From: Alphaproteobacteria bacterium
GTDB lineage: Bacteria > Pseudomonadota > Alphaproteobacteria > UBA828
Direction of reading: 5' to 3'
DNA length: 64,000 bases
Assembly (NCBI GenBank): GCA_965214705.1
Contig: OZ243972.1
Span: 2,304,001-2,368,000 of the forward strand
Below the pieces are notes generated by a model, which was not told the DNA's origin, searched no databases, and saw nothing but the letters and a program-made list of their open reading frames with translations. The translations under genes were made by a program, and so were the position numbers. Below, one piece after another: positions 11,513-20,800 of this stretch (position 1 is the first letter of the stretch; the number at the start of each line of letters is the position of its first letter).

Positions 11513-13132
11513 TTACCGGGGCTGCCGGCGGGGCAGGGTCACCGTGAAGGTGGCGCCCTCGCCCGGCGTGCCGGTTGCGGTGATCTGGCCGTGATGGCGC
11601 AAGACGATCTTCTCGCAGATCGCAAGGCCGATACCGGCGCCCTCGTACTGGTGGCGCGCGTGCAACCGTTTGAAGGGCTGGAACAGCTTGCTGCCCTGGG
11701 ACGGTTCGAAGCCGATGCCGTTGTCCGACACGACGACGGTGTGCGCGGGTCCTGGAATCGCGGCGAGAGGCTCCGCCTCGGCCGCCATCCGCACCGTGAC
11801 TCGCGGCGCGACGCCCGGCTTGCGGAACTTGAGCGCATTGCCGATGAGGTTGCGGAAGAGTTGATCCATCTGGGTGCGGTCCGCCTCGATCGTCGGCGCC
11901 TCGGCAACGTCCACTTGGCCGTCGGACTCCTCGAGCGACACAGAGAGATCCGAGAGTACGGTGTCGAATACCTCGCTCAAGGACAAGTCCTCGAAGGGCT
12001 GCGCCGCCGTGGTGACCCGGGAGAGAGCCAGAATATCGCTGACCAGAGTCTGCATCCGGGCCGCCGCGTCGGTCATGAAGTCGATGTATTGGCGCCCTTC
12101 CTCGTCCACGCTCTCCCGCTTCTCCTCCGCTAGCAGGGCGCCGAAGGCCCTGATCTTGCGCAGCGGCTCCTGCAGGTCGTGGGAGGCGACGTAGGCAAAC
12201 TGCTCGAGCTCCTCGTTGGAGCGGGCGAGGTCGCGCGCGTGGCGCTCCAGCGCTTCCTTGGCCTGCTTCTGCTCGGTGATGTCGCGCACGATCCCCATGA
12301 TTCGCACCGGCGTGCCCGCTTCGTCACGCACGAGGATGGAGCGAACGGCGATGGGAAAGACCGACCCGTTCTTGCGGATGTACTCCTTCTCGTATTCGTC
12401 GGTGTAGCCGCGCGACATGAGCTGCTTGTCGACGATCTCGGCCTCCATCGCCGCCCAGCGGGTCGGTGTGAGCTGCTGATAGGTCACGCCGATGAGTTCG
12501 GCGAGCTCATAGCCCAGCATGTCGAGGTAGGCGTCGTTCGCCTCTTCGACGGGGCCGTCGAGGCCGACGAAGACCACGCCGTCGTGGCTCAGGTCGAAGA
12601 GGCTGCGGTAGCGCTTTTCGGATGCTCTGAGCGCCTCCTCCTTCTCCTTCAGCTCCGTGATGTCGCGGACGATGCCCATGAAGCGGACTGGCCGGCCGTC
12701 CAGGTCCCGCACCAGGATGGTGCGCAGGCTGATCGGCGCGATGGAGCCATCCTTGCGCACGTATTCCTTCTCGTACTCGTCCGAGAAGCCGCGCCGCATC
12801 ACCTGCGTCTCGATGATCTCCGCCTCGCCGGCGCGCCACTTCTCGGGCGTGAGGTCCTGATAGGTGTGCGTGGAGATCTCGTCCCGGTCGTAGCCGACGA
12901 GATCGAGATAGGCCTGGTTCATCTCCTCGATGTGGCCTTCGAGATCGACGAACACGATCCCGTCCCGGCTCATCTCGAAGAGGGAGCGGAACCGGCCCCG
13001 CGACGTGCGGCCTGCGTCGCGGTCGCGCCGGGCCTCGGCAAGCGCCTGCTCCAGCGCCGCGATCCGCTGCCGCAGCGCCTCGTCATCGGCAGTCGCGGGG
13101 GCGCGCTCCAGCGGCCTTGCCTCAGCCGTCAT
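11513..13132 (-). CDS. Cytoplasmic PAS-PAS sensor histidine kinase
   Basis: Two similar PAS/PAC repeats; H-box FAYVASHDLQEPLR, NLIGNALKF, DNGIG, GAGIGL; no obvious TM segment. Confidence 0.93.
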   Translation of the reverse strand: MTAEARPLERAPATADDEALRQRIAALEQALAEARRDRDAGRTSRGRFRSLFEMSRDGIVFVDLEGHIEEMNQAYLDLVGYDRDEISTHTYQDLTPEKWRAGEAEIIETQVMRRGFSDEYEKEYVRKDGSIAPISLRTILVRDLDGRPVRFMGIVRDITELKEKEEALRASEKRYRSLFDLSHDGVVFVGLDGPVEEANDAYLDMLGYELAELIGVTYQQLTPTRWAAMEAEIVDKQLMSRGYTDEYEKEYIRKNGSVFPIAVRSILVRDEAGTPVRIMGIVRDITEQKQAKEALERHARDLARSNEELEQFAYVASHDLQEPLRKIRAFGALLAEEKRESVDEEGRQYIDFMTDAAARMQTLVSDILALSRVTTAAQPFEDLSLSEVFDTVLSDLSVSLEESDGQVDVAEAPTIEADRTQMDQLFRNLIGNALKFRKPGVAPRVTVRMAAEAEPLAAIPGPAHTVVVSDNGIGFEPSQGSKLFQPFKRLHARHQYEGAGIGLAICEKIVLRHHGQITATGTPGEGATFTVTLPRRQPR

Positions 13133-14177
13133 CGATCAGGTCCTCGGCGTAGGCGAAGAGTGCAGGCATGCCGCCGGTGTGGACGAAGACCACCGTCTCG
13201 TCCGCGCCGACCGCGCCGCGCTTCACGTGATCGATGAGCCCTGCCATGGCTTTGCCGGAATAGACGGGGTCGAGGAAGATGCCCTCGGTCTCGGCCACCA
13301 GCCCGATGGCGGCGCGCGCCTCCGGCGAGAGCACGCCGTAGTCCTCGCCGATATGGTCCTCGTCGGTGACGAAGTCGGCGGGGTCGATCGCGAGATTGAG
13401 ATCGAGCGCACGCGCCGTCGCCGTGGCGACCCGCGCGATGTCGAGTTCCCTCGGCTCTTCCCAGCGGATGGGGCTGATCGCCGCTACACGGGCCCTGCGG
13501 CCCAGCGCGCGCAAGCCCGTGACGAGGCCCGCCGGGGTGTTGTTGGCGCCGCAGATGAAGACCTGGGTGGGGTCGATCCCCGCCTCTTCGAACTGGGCAT
13601 CCAGCTCGATCGCCGTGCCGACGTAGCCGAGCGCCGCCAACACCTGCTGGTCGAGGGCGAAGGGCGCGATCACGAAGGGTTTTCGGCCGGCCGCTTCGAG
13701 GGCGCGGGCCTTCTCGTCGAGCAGCGGCTGGATCTTCTCCATGCTATCGATGTCGACCACGGTCACGTCCGCGCCCATCAGGCGGTCGAGTAGCAGATTG
13801 CCCTGTACCCTCGGCCCCTTGACCCCGTGGATCAGCACCAGCGAAACCGCGAGACCGTGCTTGCACGCCGCTGCCGTGATCTGCCGGCACCAGTTGGACT
13901 GCGTGTAGGCGCCCGCGACCACCGTATCGGCGCCCGATTTCAGGATCTCGGCGAAGGTGAACTCCAGATGGCGCGTCTTGTTGCCGCCGAACGCCAGCCC
14001 GGTGAGGTCGTCCCGCTTGATGTAGAGAGCGCGCACGCCGATCGCCTCGGCAAGGCGGGGGCAGGGGTCGAGCGGTGTCGGCAGATGTGCGAGCCGGATG
14101 CGCGGATGCTGAGCAAGACGGGCGGCGAGATCGTCTCTCGTCACCGTTGCCTCCGCACGTGCCTCCGCCACCGCCAT
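13122..14177 (-). CDS. D-cysteine desulfhydrase / ACC deaminase family PLP enzyme
   Basis: LAHLPTPL, IKRDDLTGLAFGGNKTR, EGIFLDPVYSGKA, HTGG. Confidence 0.9.
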   Translation of the reverse strand: MAVAEARAEATVTRDDLAARLAQHPRIRLAHLPTPLDPCPRLAEAIGVRALYIKRDDLTGLAFGGNKTRHLEFTFAEILKSGADTVVAGAYTQSNWCRQITAAACKHGLAVSLVLIHGVKGPRVQGNLLLDRLMGADVTVVDIDSMEKIQPLLDEKARALEAAGRKPFVIAPFALDQQVLAALGYVGTAIELDAQFEEAGIDPTQVFICGANNTPAGLVTGLRALGRRARVAAISPIRWEEPRELDIARVATATARALDLNLAIDPADFVTDEDHIGEDYGVLSPEARAAIGLVAETEGIFLDPVYSGKAMAGLIDHVKRGAVGADETVVFVHTGGMPALFAYAEDLIDDG

Positions 14178-14282
14178 GCCACTCCTCCGCCGGCCTATTG
14201 AGCATCCTATCGCCGGCGGGAAGCGCCCGGCAACCGAGGGCGGCGAATGCGCTTGCTGACTGGTGCTGGTAAGGGCTTTGGG

Positions 14283-16160
14283 CTACGCAGGCCCCGCGCG
14301 TTCCAGCGCTTCCGCCGCCGCGAGCCAATCGCCCTCGGCCGCCGCCTCGGCCCGCTTCGCCTGCGCCAGCTCCTTGCCCAGGGCGGCGATCCGCGCGGCA
14401 TCGTTCGCCTGGGCGGCCGAGGCGAGAGCCGCCTGCAGCGATCGTTGCGCCTCCTGCGCTTGGGCGATCCGTTGCTCCGCTGCGGCCACGGCATCCTTGA
14501 GCGGCTTTTGCCTGGCCCGGACCGCCGCCGCGGCCTGCCGCGCGGCCTTGCGTGCGGGTGGCGGGCGACTCTCGCGGCCGTTGCCGTCCGCCCGCTTCCC
14601 GTCGCCGCCGAGGATCTCGGCACGGTAGTCGGCGAGGTCGCCATCGTAGGCGCGCACCGTGCCGTCCTGCACCAGCCACAGCCGGTCGGCCACGAGCTGG
14701 ACCAGGTGCATGTCGTGGGTGATCAGTACGACCGCGCCGTCGTAGGCCTCCAGCGCTTCGACCAGCGCGTGCCGGCTCTGGATGTCGAGATGGTTGGTCG
14801 GCTCGTCCAGCACCAGCAGCTGCGGCGCCCGGTGCGAGATCAGCGCGAGATTGAGCCGCGCCTTCTCCCCGCCCGAGAGCGCGGCGACCGCCACGTCCGC
14901 CTTCTCCCCGCCGAAGCCGAAAGCGCCGAGGCGGGCACGGACCCGTTCCGGCTCAGCGTCGGGCATGAGCCGCGCAAGGTGGCCGAACGCCGTGCCCTCG
15001 GGCTCCAGCGTGTCGATCTGGTGCTGCGCGAAGTAGCCGACCGCGAGGCTCGGTGCCCGCGTCATCGTGCCCCGCTCAGGCTGCAGCATGTCGGCCAGCA
15101 GCTTGGCGAAGGTGGATTTGCCGTTGCCGTTCGCGCCGAGCAGCGCCACCCGCTCGTCCGGGTCGATGCGCTGGCTGACCCCGCGCAGCACGGGGCGGCC
15201 CGGCTCGTAGCCGACGGCGACGCCCGCCAGGCTCATCAGCGGCGGCGCCAGCGCTGTGGGCTCGGGGAAGGTCAGGTCCGGCGTCCGCTCGTCGATCACC
15301 ATCGGCACGTCGGCGAGCTTCGCGAGTGCCTTGAGCCGGCTCTGCGCCTGCCGCGCCTTGCTCGCCTTGTAGCGAAAGCGGTCGACGAAGCCCTGAAGGT
15401 GGCGCCGCTTGGCGTCGATACGGGCCTGCTGGGCGCGCGCCGTGGCGAGAGACTCGGCATAAGTCTTCGCGAAGCGCGTGTAGTTGCCGGGGTAGTGGGT
15501 CAGGCCCCCGCCCGCCATGTGGAGGATGCCCTCCGGCACGGCATCGAGCAGGGTGCGGTCGTGGCTCACCACGACCAGCGCCCGCGGGTAGCGCTTCAGG
15601 TGAGCCTCCAGCCACGCGGCCGCCTCGAGATCGAGGTGGTTGGTCGGCTCGTCCAGCAGCAGCAGGTCGGGCTCGACGAAGAGCGCGGCGGCGAGCGCGA
15701 CCCGCATGCGCCAGCCGCCGGAGAGGTCGGCGAGCGGCACCTGCTGCATCGCCTCGTCGATGCCGAGGCCGGCGAGCAGGCGCGCAGCCCGCGCCGGGGC
15801 CGCGTGCGCGCCGATTTCCGCGAGCCGGGCCTCGATTTCGGCGCGGCGGGCTCCCTCGGCGCCCTCCGCCTCGGCGATCAGGGCCACGCGTTCCTCGTGC
15901 GCCGCGAGCACGGCGGCGCGCGGTGTCTCCGGGCCGCCCGGCACCTCCTGGTCGACCAGCCGCACGGCAAGCCCGCGCGTGCGGAGGATCGTGCCCTCGT
16001 CGGGCTCGAGGCGGCCCGCGACGAGGCGCAGCAGGGTCGTCTTGCCACAGCCGTTGCGCCCCACCAGCCCGAGCCTCTGGCGGGCGCCGATCTGCGCGGT
16101 CACGCCCTCGAAGAGGAGGCGTCCCTCGACCCGGTAGGCGATGTTCTGCAGGGTCAGCAT
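14283..16160 (-). CDS. ABC-F family ATP-binding protein
   Basis: Two ABC cassettes (GRNGCGKTT / LSGGW / DEPTNHLD and GANGNGKST / LSGGE), no TM domain. Confidence 0.93.
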   Translation of the reverse strand: MLTLQNIAYRVEGRLLFEGVTAQIGARQRLGLVGRNGCGKTTLLRLVAGRLEPDEGTILRTRGLAVRLVDQEVPGGPETPRAAVLAAHEERVALIAEAEGAEGARRAEIEARLAEIGAHAAPARAARLLAGLGIDEAMQQVPLADLSGGWRMRVALAAALFVEPDLLLLDEPTNHLDLEAAAWLEAHLKRYPRALVVVSHDRTLLDAVPEGILHMAGGGLTHYPGNYTRFAKTYAESLATARAQQARIDAKRRHLQGFVDRFRYKASKARQAQSRLKALAKLADVPMVIDERTPDLTFPEPTALAPPLMSLAGVAVGYEPGRPVLRGVSQRIDPDERVALLGANGNGKSTFAKLLADMLQPERGTMTRAPSLAVGYFAQHQIDTLEPEGTAFGHLARLMPDAEPERVRARLGAFGFGGEKADVAVAALSGGEKARLNLALISHRAPQLLVLDEPTNHLDIQSRHALVEALEAYDGAVVLITHDMHLVQLVADRLWLVQDGTVRAYDGDLADYRAEILGGDGKRADGNGRESRPPPARKAARQAAAAVRARQKPLKDAVAAAEQRIAQAQEAQRSLQAALASAAQANDAARIAALGKELAQAKRAEAAAEGDWLAAAEALERAGPA

Positions 16161-16269
16161 GGCTGGCCGGATATCTGCGCCGCCCGCGCCCGCGACGCAA
16201 GGCCGACGGACGGCTCGCTCATGGATGTGCGACAATGACCGACGAAACAGAGTTGAGGGAGAGCACTCC

Positions 16270-16602
16270 ATGCTGATCGTCGCCGTCGTTTTCGAGTTCG
16301 TGCCTGGCGGGTTCGACCGCATCAAGGCCGCGGTCGTCGATGCCATCGAGAACTCGCGCAAGGAGCCCGGCGCCCAGATCTACGACTGGGCCATCGATGT
16401 CACCGCGCCCAACCGTGCCATCATCTTCGAGGTCTGGGACGATCAGGCGGCGCTCGATGCGCACTTCACTCATCCCTACATGGACACACTGGTCGCGGCG
16501 CTGACCGCAGCCAACATCCGCGGCGACATCACCCATTACTCGGCGGAGATATACGACGTGAGCGGCAAGCGCGACATGGGGTTCCGGCTGCCGACCGAGT
16601 AG
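16270..16602 (+). CDS. Antibiotic-biosynthesis-monooxygenase (ABM) family protein
   Basis: SRKEPG..YD...IFEVWDDQAALDAHF pattern; AG-rich RBS upstream. Confidence 0.8.
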   Translation: MLIVAVVFEFVPGGFDRIKAAVVDAIENSRKEPGAQIYDWAIDVTAPNRAIIFEVWDDQAALDAHFTHPYMDTLVAALTAANIRGDITHYSAEIYDVSGKRDMGFRLPTE

Positions 16603-16623
16603 GCGCCCGGAGGGGAGACCGCC

Positions 16624-17037
16624 GTGAGCGCCGGCCCCATCGCGCCGCCCTTCGACGAGGCCGCCGCCCGCGCCGTCGTCCAGGCGTTCGAGGACGCCTG
16701 GAACCGCAGGGTCGCCGACGAAATCCCGCTCACCTGCACGCCGGACACGCGCTGGCGCTATCGCGACGCCTTCGTCGAAGGGCGGGACAACATTGTGCCG
16801 TTCCTGCTGGCGCGCTGGCCCATCCAGCAGCACTACAGGCTTAGGAAGGAGCTCTGGAGCTTCACGGCGAACCGCATTTCGGTGCGCTTCGTCAGCGAGT
16901 GGCGCCACCGCGACAGCGGCCAGTGGTACCGGACCTTCGGCAACGAGCACTGGGAGTTCGCGCCCGACGGGCTGCAGAGCGTGCTCGATCTCTCCGCCAA
17001 CGACCTCCCGATCGACGAGGCCGAGCGAACGCTCTGA
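16624..17037 (+). CDS. SnoaL/NTF2-like (DUF1348-type) protein
   Basis: EDAWN, YRLRKELW, RISVRFVSEW, QWYRTFGNEHWEF. Confidence 0.8.
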   Translation: MSAGPIAPPFDEAAARAVVQAFEDAWNRRVADEIPLTCTPDTRWRYRDAFVEGRDNIVPFLLARWPIQQHYRLRKELWSFTANRISVRFVSEWRHRDSGQWYRTFGNEHWEFAPDGLQSVLDLSANDLPIDEAERTL

Positions 17038-18756
17038 CTACCAGCCGAGCGCTCTGCTCATGCGCCGGGGGTCCGCGGCGCCTTCGATCTCGCCCGTCTC
17101 AAGGTCCTTGCGCACCGCGCAGACGCCGCCTGTCCAGTGCGACCAGTCGTCCAGCAGCTCGATCTCGTGCCCGCGCGCGGCGAGCCGGTCGCTGGTGGCT
17201 TCGTCGATGCGCCCTTCCAGGGTGACGCGGCCGGGATGCGCGGCGTGGGGCGCGAAGGAATCGGGATGGCTGTGGGTGACCAGGCGCGGGGCCTCCACCG
17301 CGTCCTGCAGCTCCATGCCAAAGGCCAGGTGATTCAGGAGCGTTTGCAGGTTGGCCTGGATTTGCGTATCGCCGCCGGGGGTCCCGAAGGGCATGATCCA
17401 GCGGCCGGGCGAGAGCGCGAAGCAGGGGTTGGGCGTGAGGCGCGGCCGTTTGCCCGGCGCGATGCAGGAGGGATGGCCCGGCACCGCCCACGACTGCGCG
17501 CCGCGCGAGGACACCGCGAGCCCGGTTCCCGGCACCACCGGCGTATCCCAGCTCGTGTCAGACGGTGTCGAGCAGAGCGCGTTCCCCTCGCCGTCGATGA
17601 CGCAGACGATCGACGTATCGGGCGAGGGCCCGATTGGCGCGCTGCATGCGCCGACCGGTGCAACGTATGGCTCGTAGCCGGGAATCCGGCCGGGGCGCGG
17701 CATGCTCGGCGCCGCCTTGCCGGGATCGATCGCCTTGCTCCGCTCGGCCGCGTAGGCGGAGCCGATGAGCGCATCGAGGGGAACGTCCACGAAGTCCGGA
17801 TCGCCCAGATAGCACTCCCTGTCGGCGAACGTCAGCTTCAGGGTCTCGGCAATCGTATGGAGATACGTGTCCGAGCCATATTTCTGCCTCCCCACGCCCG
17901 CCGCCTCGGCGATGGAGAGCGCTTCGAGCAGGAACGGCCCCTGGCACCAGGCGCCACAGGTGTGGACCTCGACCTCCTCGCCATTGAAGCGGAATCGGCG
18001 GGAGACCGTAGGCACGATTTGGCAGCGGAAAGCCTCCAGGTCTTCCGCCGCGAGCAACCCGTCGTGCTCCTGCTGGTGCGCGAGGATCTCGCGCGCGATA
18101 TCGCCCCGGTAGAACGCGCGCCGCACCGCCGCGAGGCCGGCCATGCGATCATCGCCGGCCGCGCGCTCCTCATCGCAGAGGAACTGCAGCGTGCGGCCGA
18201 GATCGGCCTGGACCAGCCGGTCGCCCGGCGCCGGCACCTCGCCGCCGGGCATCCAGATCGCGACGTTCTCCGGCCAGTGGCGGTACTCGTCGGCGTGCTT
18301 CTGCACATAGTCGAGCATGACCGGGTGGCGCGGGAAGCCCTCGGCGGCGTAGCGCAACGCGCGCGCCGCCACGTCGCGGAAGGTCATCCTGCCCCAGCGC
18401 TCCAGCGCCTGGATGCAGGCATCGGGGGCGGCCGGCACCACGGTGCGCCGCACGCCGAGCGGGATCGCGCCGCCGTGGCGTGCGATGAAGGCGTCGGGGT
18501 CGAGTGCCTGCGGCCAGCCGCCGACGCCTGCGATGGTGACGATCCCGCCGGTCTCGGCGAGACGGACGATCATCGGTGCGACCCCCGCCACGCTCACCTG
18601 GTCGCTGTAGACCACGCCGAGGGTCAGGATCGCGGCGACGCCCGCGTCGATGGCGTTGCCGCCGTTCTCTAGCGCCTCGAACGCGGCCAGCGTCGCGAGC
18701 TCGTGGCCCGTGCTGACGACGAAGTGATGACCGCGGGCGACGGGGACGACGGACAT
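17038..18756 (-). CDS. Gamma-glutamyltransferase family protein
   Basis: GGNAIDAGVA, FADRECYLGDP, DTS nucleophile region, PGKRPR, GTPGG, GAADPRR. Confidence 0.9.
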   Translation of the reverse strand: MSVVPVARGHHFVVSTGHELATLAAFEALENGGNAIDAGVAAILTLGVVYSDQVSVAGVAPMIVRLAETGGIVTIAGVGGWPQALDPDAFIARHGGAIPLGVRRTVVPAAPDACIQALERWGRMTFRDVAARALRYAAEGFPRHPVMLDYVQKHADEYRHWPENVAIWMPGGEVPAPGDRLVQADLGRTLQFLCDEERAAGDDRMAGLAAVRRAFYRGDIAREILAHQQEHDGLLAAEDLEAFRCQIVPTVSRRFRFNGEEVEVHTCGAWCQGPFLLEALSIAEAAGVGRQKYGSDTYLHTIAETLKLTFADRECYLGDPDFVDVPLDALIGSAYAAERSKAIDPGKAAPSMPRPGRIPGYEPYVAPVGACSAPIGPSPDTSIVCVIDGEGNALCSTPSDTSWDTPVVPGTGLAVSSRGAQSWAVPGHPSCIAPGKRPRLTPNPCFALSPGRWIMPFGTPGGDTQIQANLQTLLNHLAFGMELQDAVEAPRLVTHSHPDSFAPHAAHPGRVTLEGRIDEATSDRLAARGHEIELLDDWSHWTGGVCAVRKDLETGEIEGAADPRRMSRALGW

Positions 18757-18860
18757 GGCAACCTGCGAGTGCATTGGGTTGGGCTGGCGCGGCCGAGTAT
18801 AGACTGTAATGGTGCGGCGGCGCTTCGCCAGCCAACCAACCTCACGGAGGCCGGGACTCA

Positions 18861-19625
18861 ATGCAACCAGTGTGTCTCGTCATCGGTGCCGGCGCAGGCA
18901 TCGGCAGCCATGTGGGAAGCCGCTTCGCCGGCGAGGGTTACCACGCGGTGCTCTGCCGGCGGACCGACGAAGAGGGTCTGAACCGCGCGGTCGCAGCCAT
19001 CGAGGTCGAGGGCGGGGCCGCCTCCGGCTTCCTGCTGAATGCCGTAGCCCCCGGTACCATCGAGGAGCGGATCGCCGCGGTCGAAGCCGATATCGGCCCC
19101 ATCGAAGTGGCGGTCTACAACCTGGGCGCGCAGGTCGGCGACCGCGCGCTGGCGGAAACCAGCCACAAGGTCTTCGAGCTGGGCTGGCGGCTGGGGACCT
19201 TCGGCCTGTTTCGGTTGGCGTCCGCCGTCTGTCCGCTGATGGAGCAGCGCGGCAGCGGCACCATCCTCGCCACCTCGTCGACCGCAGCGATGCGCGGCAA
19301 CAAGGGCCAGCATTCGCACGCGTCCGCCATGGGCGGGCGGCGCATGCTCTGCCAGAGCCTCAATGCGGAGTTCGGCCCCAAGGGCATTCACGTCGCGCAC
19401 ATCATCATCGACGGCATGGTCGATGCGCCCGATACCCTGGGCAGGATGCTCGGCGCAGACGCGTTCCAGAAGCTCCGGGAGGAGCAGGGGCTGGAGCACG
19501 ACGGCCTGCTGCTGCCCGCCGAGATCGCCGACACATACTTCCAGCTTGCCCAGCAGCACCGCTCCGCGTGGACCCACGAGATCGATCTGCGGCCGTTCTC
19601 CGACACGCCGTGGTGGAACCGCTGA
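18861..19625 (+). CDS. Short-chain dehydrogenase/reductase
   Basis: GAGAGIG Rossmann motif, YNLGAQ, GIHVAHIIIDG, WTHEIDLRP. Confidence 0.88.
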   Translation: MQPVCLVIGAGAGIGSHVGSRFAGEGYHAVLCRRTDEEGLNRAVAAIEVEGGAASGFLLNAVAPGTIEERIAAVEADIGPIEVAVYNLGAQVGDRALAETSHKVFELGWRLGTFGLFRLASAVCPLMEQRGSGTILATSSTAAMRGNKGQHSHASAMGGRRMLCQSLNAEFGPKGIHVAHIIIDGMVDAPDTLGRMLGADAFQKLREEQGLEHDGLLLPAEIADTYFQLAQQHRSAWTHEIDLRPFSDTPWWNR

Positions 19626-19804
19626 CCTGGCCCGCAGGCGCTCCGTCCGGAGACACATTTCTTTACAATTCTTTACCGCGCAGATGTCGCTTATTGGTTG
19701 ATCGAAAACTCCGGTCGCCGGACGATAGGGTTGGCGACTCGCCTAATATTCTCGATGGATGAGGTTGCCAGCGCTTGAGACAAGCCGACACTTGAGAGCG
19801 GAGA

Positions 19805-20377
19805 ATGACGATGAAACGAAGCTGGAGACACGGCATGGTCGGCGGGATCGCGTTCGCGGCTGCCATCGCGCTCGCCTCCACCATGGCGTCGACGTCTGCC
19901 CGGGCCGACCACACACATGTGTGGGATGCCGCGCTGATGGGCGCTGTCATCGGCGGCTTGATCGGCTTGGCGATGGACCAAGAGCCCGGCCACGTGACCA
20001 CGGTCGGCACCAGCACGGTGTCGGGTGGCCTGTACTTCGGTCACCACGTGGGTCATCGTCAGCATTCATGGGTGTATCAGCGCCCGATGCATCATCAGCG
20101 CTGGTGGCACGACCGCCGGAGCCATCGGCAGCCCTGGTACGTGCATCCCCGGCGACACCGTCATGGCCACCACCACCACGGCTATCACCGCGGATGGAAG
20201 CGGCCTCACGTGCACCCCCCGGTCCTGGTGCAGCCGAGACCGCGCGATCGGAACCGCCACCACCACCGCTCCGTGTACGGCCACAACACGCATCGGGATT
20301 GTCGCGTCCTCGAACACGGTGCACGGCCGGTCGTTGCCTGCCGGGGCAGGGGCGGCCACTGGCACATTCTTCGCTGA
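19805..20377 (+). CDS. Secreted His/Arg-rich hypothetical protein with glycine-zipper segment
   Basis: RBS GGAG; signal peptide ending ARA; GAVIGGLIG; long His-rich tract; terminal C-x-C pair. Confidence 0.6.
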   Translation: MTMKRSWRHGMVGGIAFAAAIALASTMASTSARADHTHVWDAALMGAVIGGLIGLAMDQEPGHVTTVGTSTVSGGLYFGHHVGHRQHSWVYQRPMHHQRWWHDRRSHRQPWYVHPRRHRHGHHHHGYHRGWKRPHVHPPVLVQPRPRDRNRHHHRSVYGHNTHRDCRVLEHGARPVVACRGRGGHWHILR

Positions 20378-20418
20378 GGAATTCCGTCCCACATCGCGCC
20401 GGCCACTAACGCTCGCCA

Positions 20419-20529
20419 CCGAACGACCTGGCGGCTGAGCAGGCGCTTCTCGGCGCGCTTCTCGTCAACGACGAAGCCATCTATCTGGTTGCCGATTTCC
20501 TGGAGCCGAAACACGTCTCCCTGCCGGTG
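20419..20529 (+). pseudogene. dnaB: Fragment of replicative helicase DnaB N-terminus
   Basis: Translates as PNDLAAEQALLGALLVNDEAIYLVADFLEPKHVSLPV, matching the DnaB N-terminal consensus (P..AEQALLGA.LV.N.A...V.DFL.PEHF); no start and no continuation. Confidence 0.7.
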
Positions 20530-20601
20530 ACGGTTCAGCCGACGGGCACGATGTTGCGCTGGCCCTCGAGGAAGCCGCCTGTGGCGAGCTCCTGGATGAG
20601 G

Positions 20602-20700
20602 AACGAGTTCGAGGCTTGTGGCTGACGCCGCATGCAGGCGGCGCTCAGGCATCGCGGCTGGATCGTGAACCACGGGAAGATTCAGCGCCTGATGCGCGGC
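20602..20700 (+). mobile_element. IS3-family transposase OrfB remnant
   Basis: NEFEACG*RRMQAALRHRGWIVNHGKIQRLMR matches the IS3 HTH_21 motif YG.RR...L...G..VNHK.V.RLMR; contains an in-frame TGA. Confidence 0.7.
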
Positions 20701-20800
20701 TTGACGCCAACTCTTCGGTGCTCTTACCCTGACTTGGACTAAAGCGCTTAGCCTTGATGTGGGCCAAGAAAGAACCACAAACGCCCCAGGGAGAGGAGAC

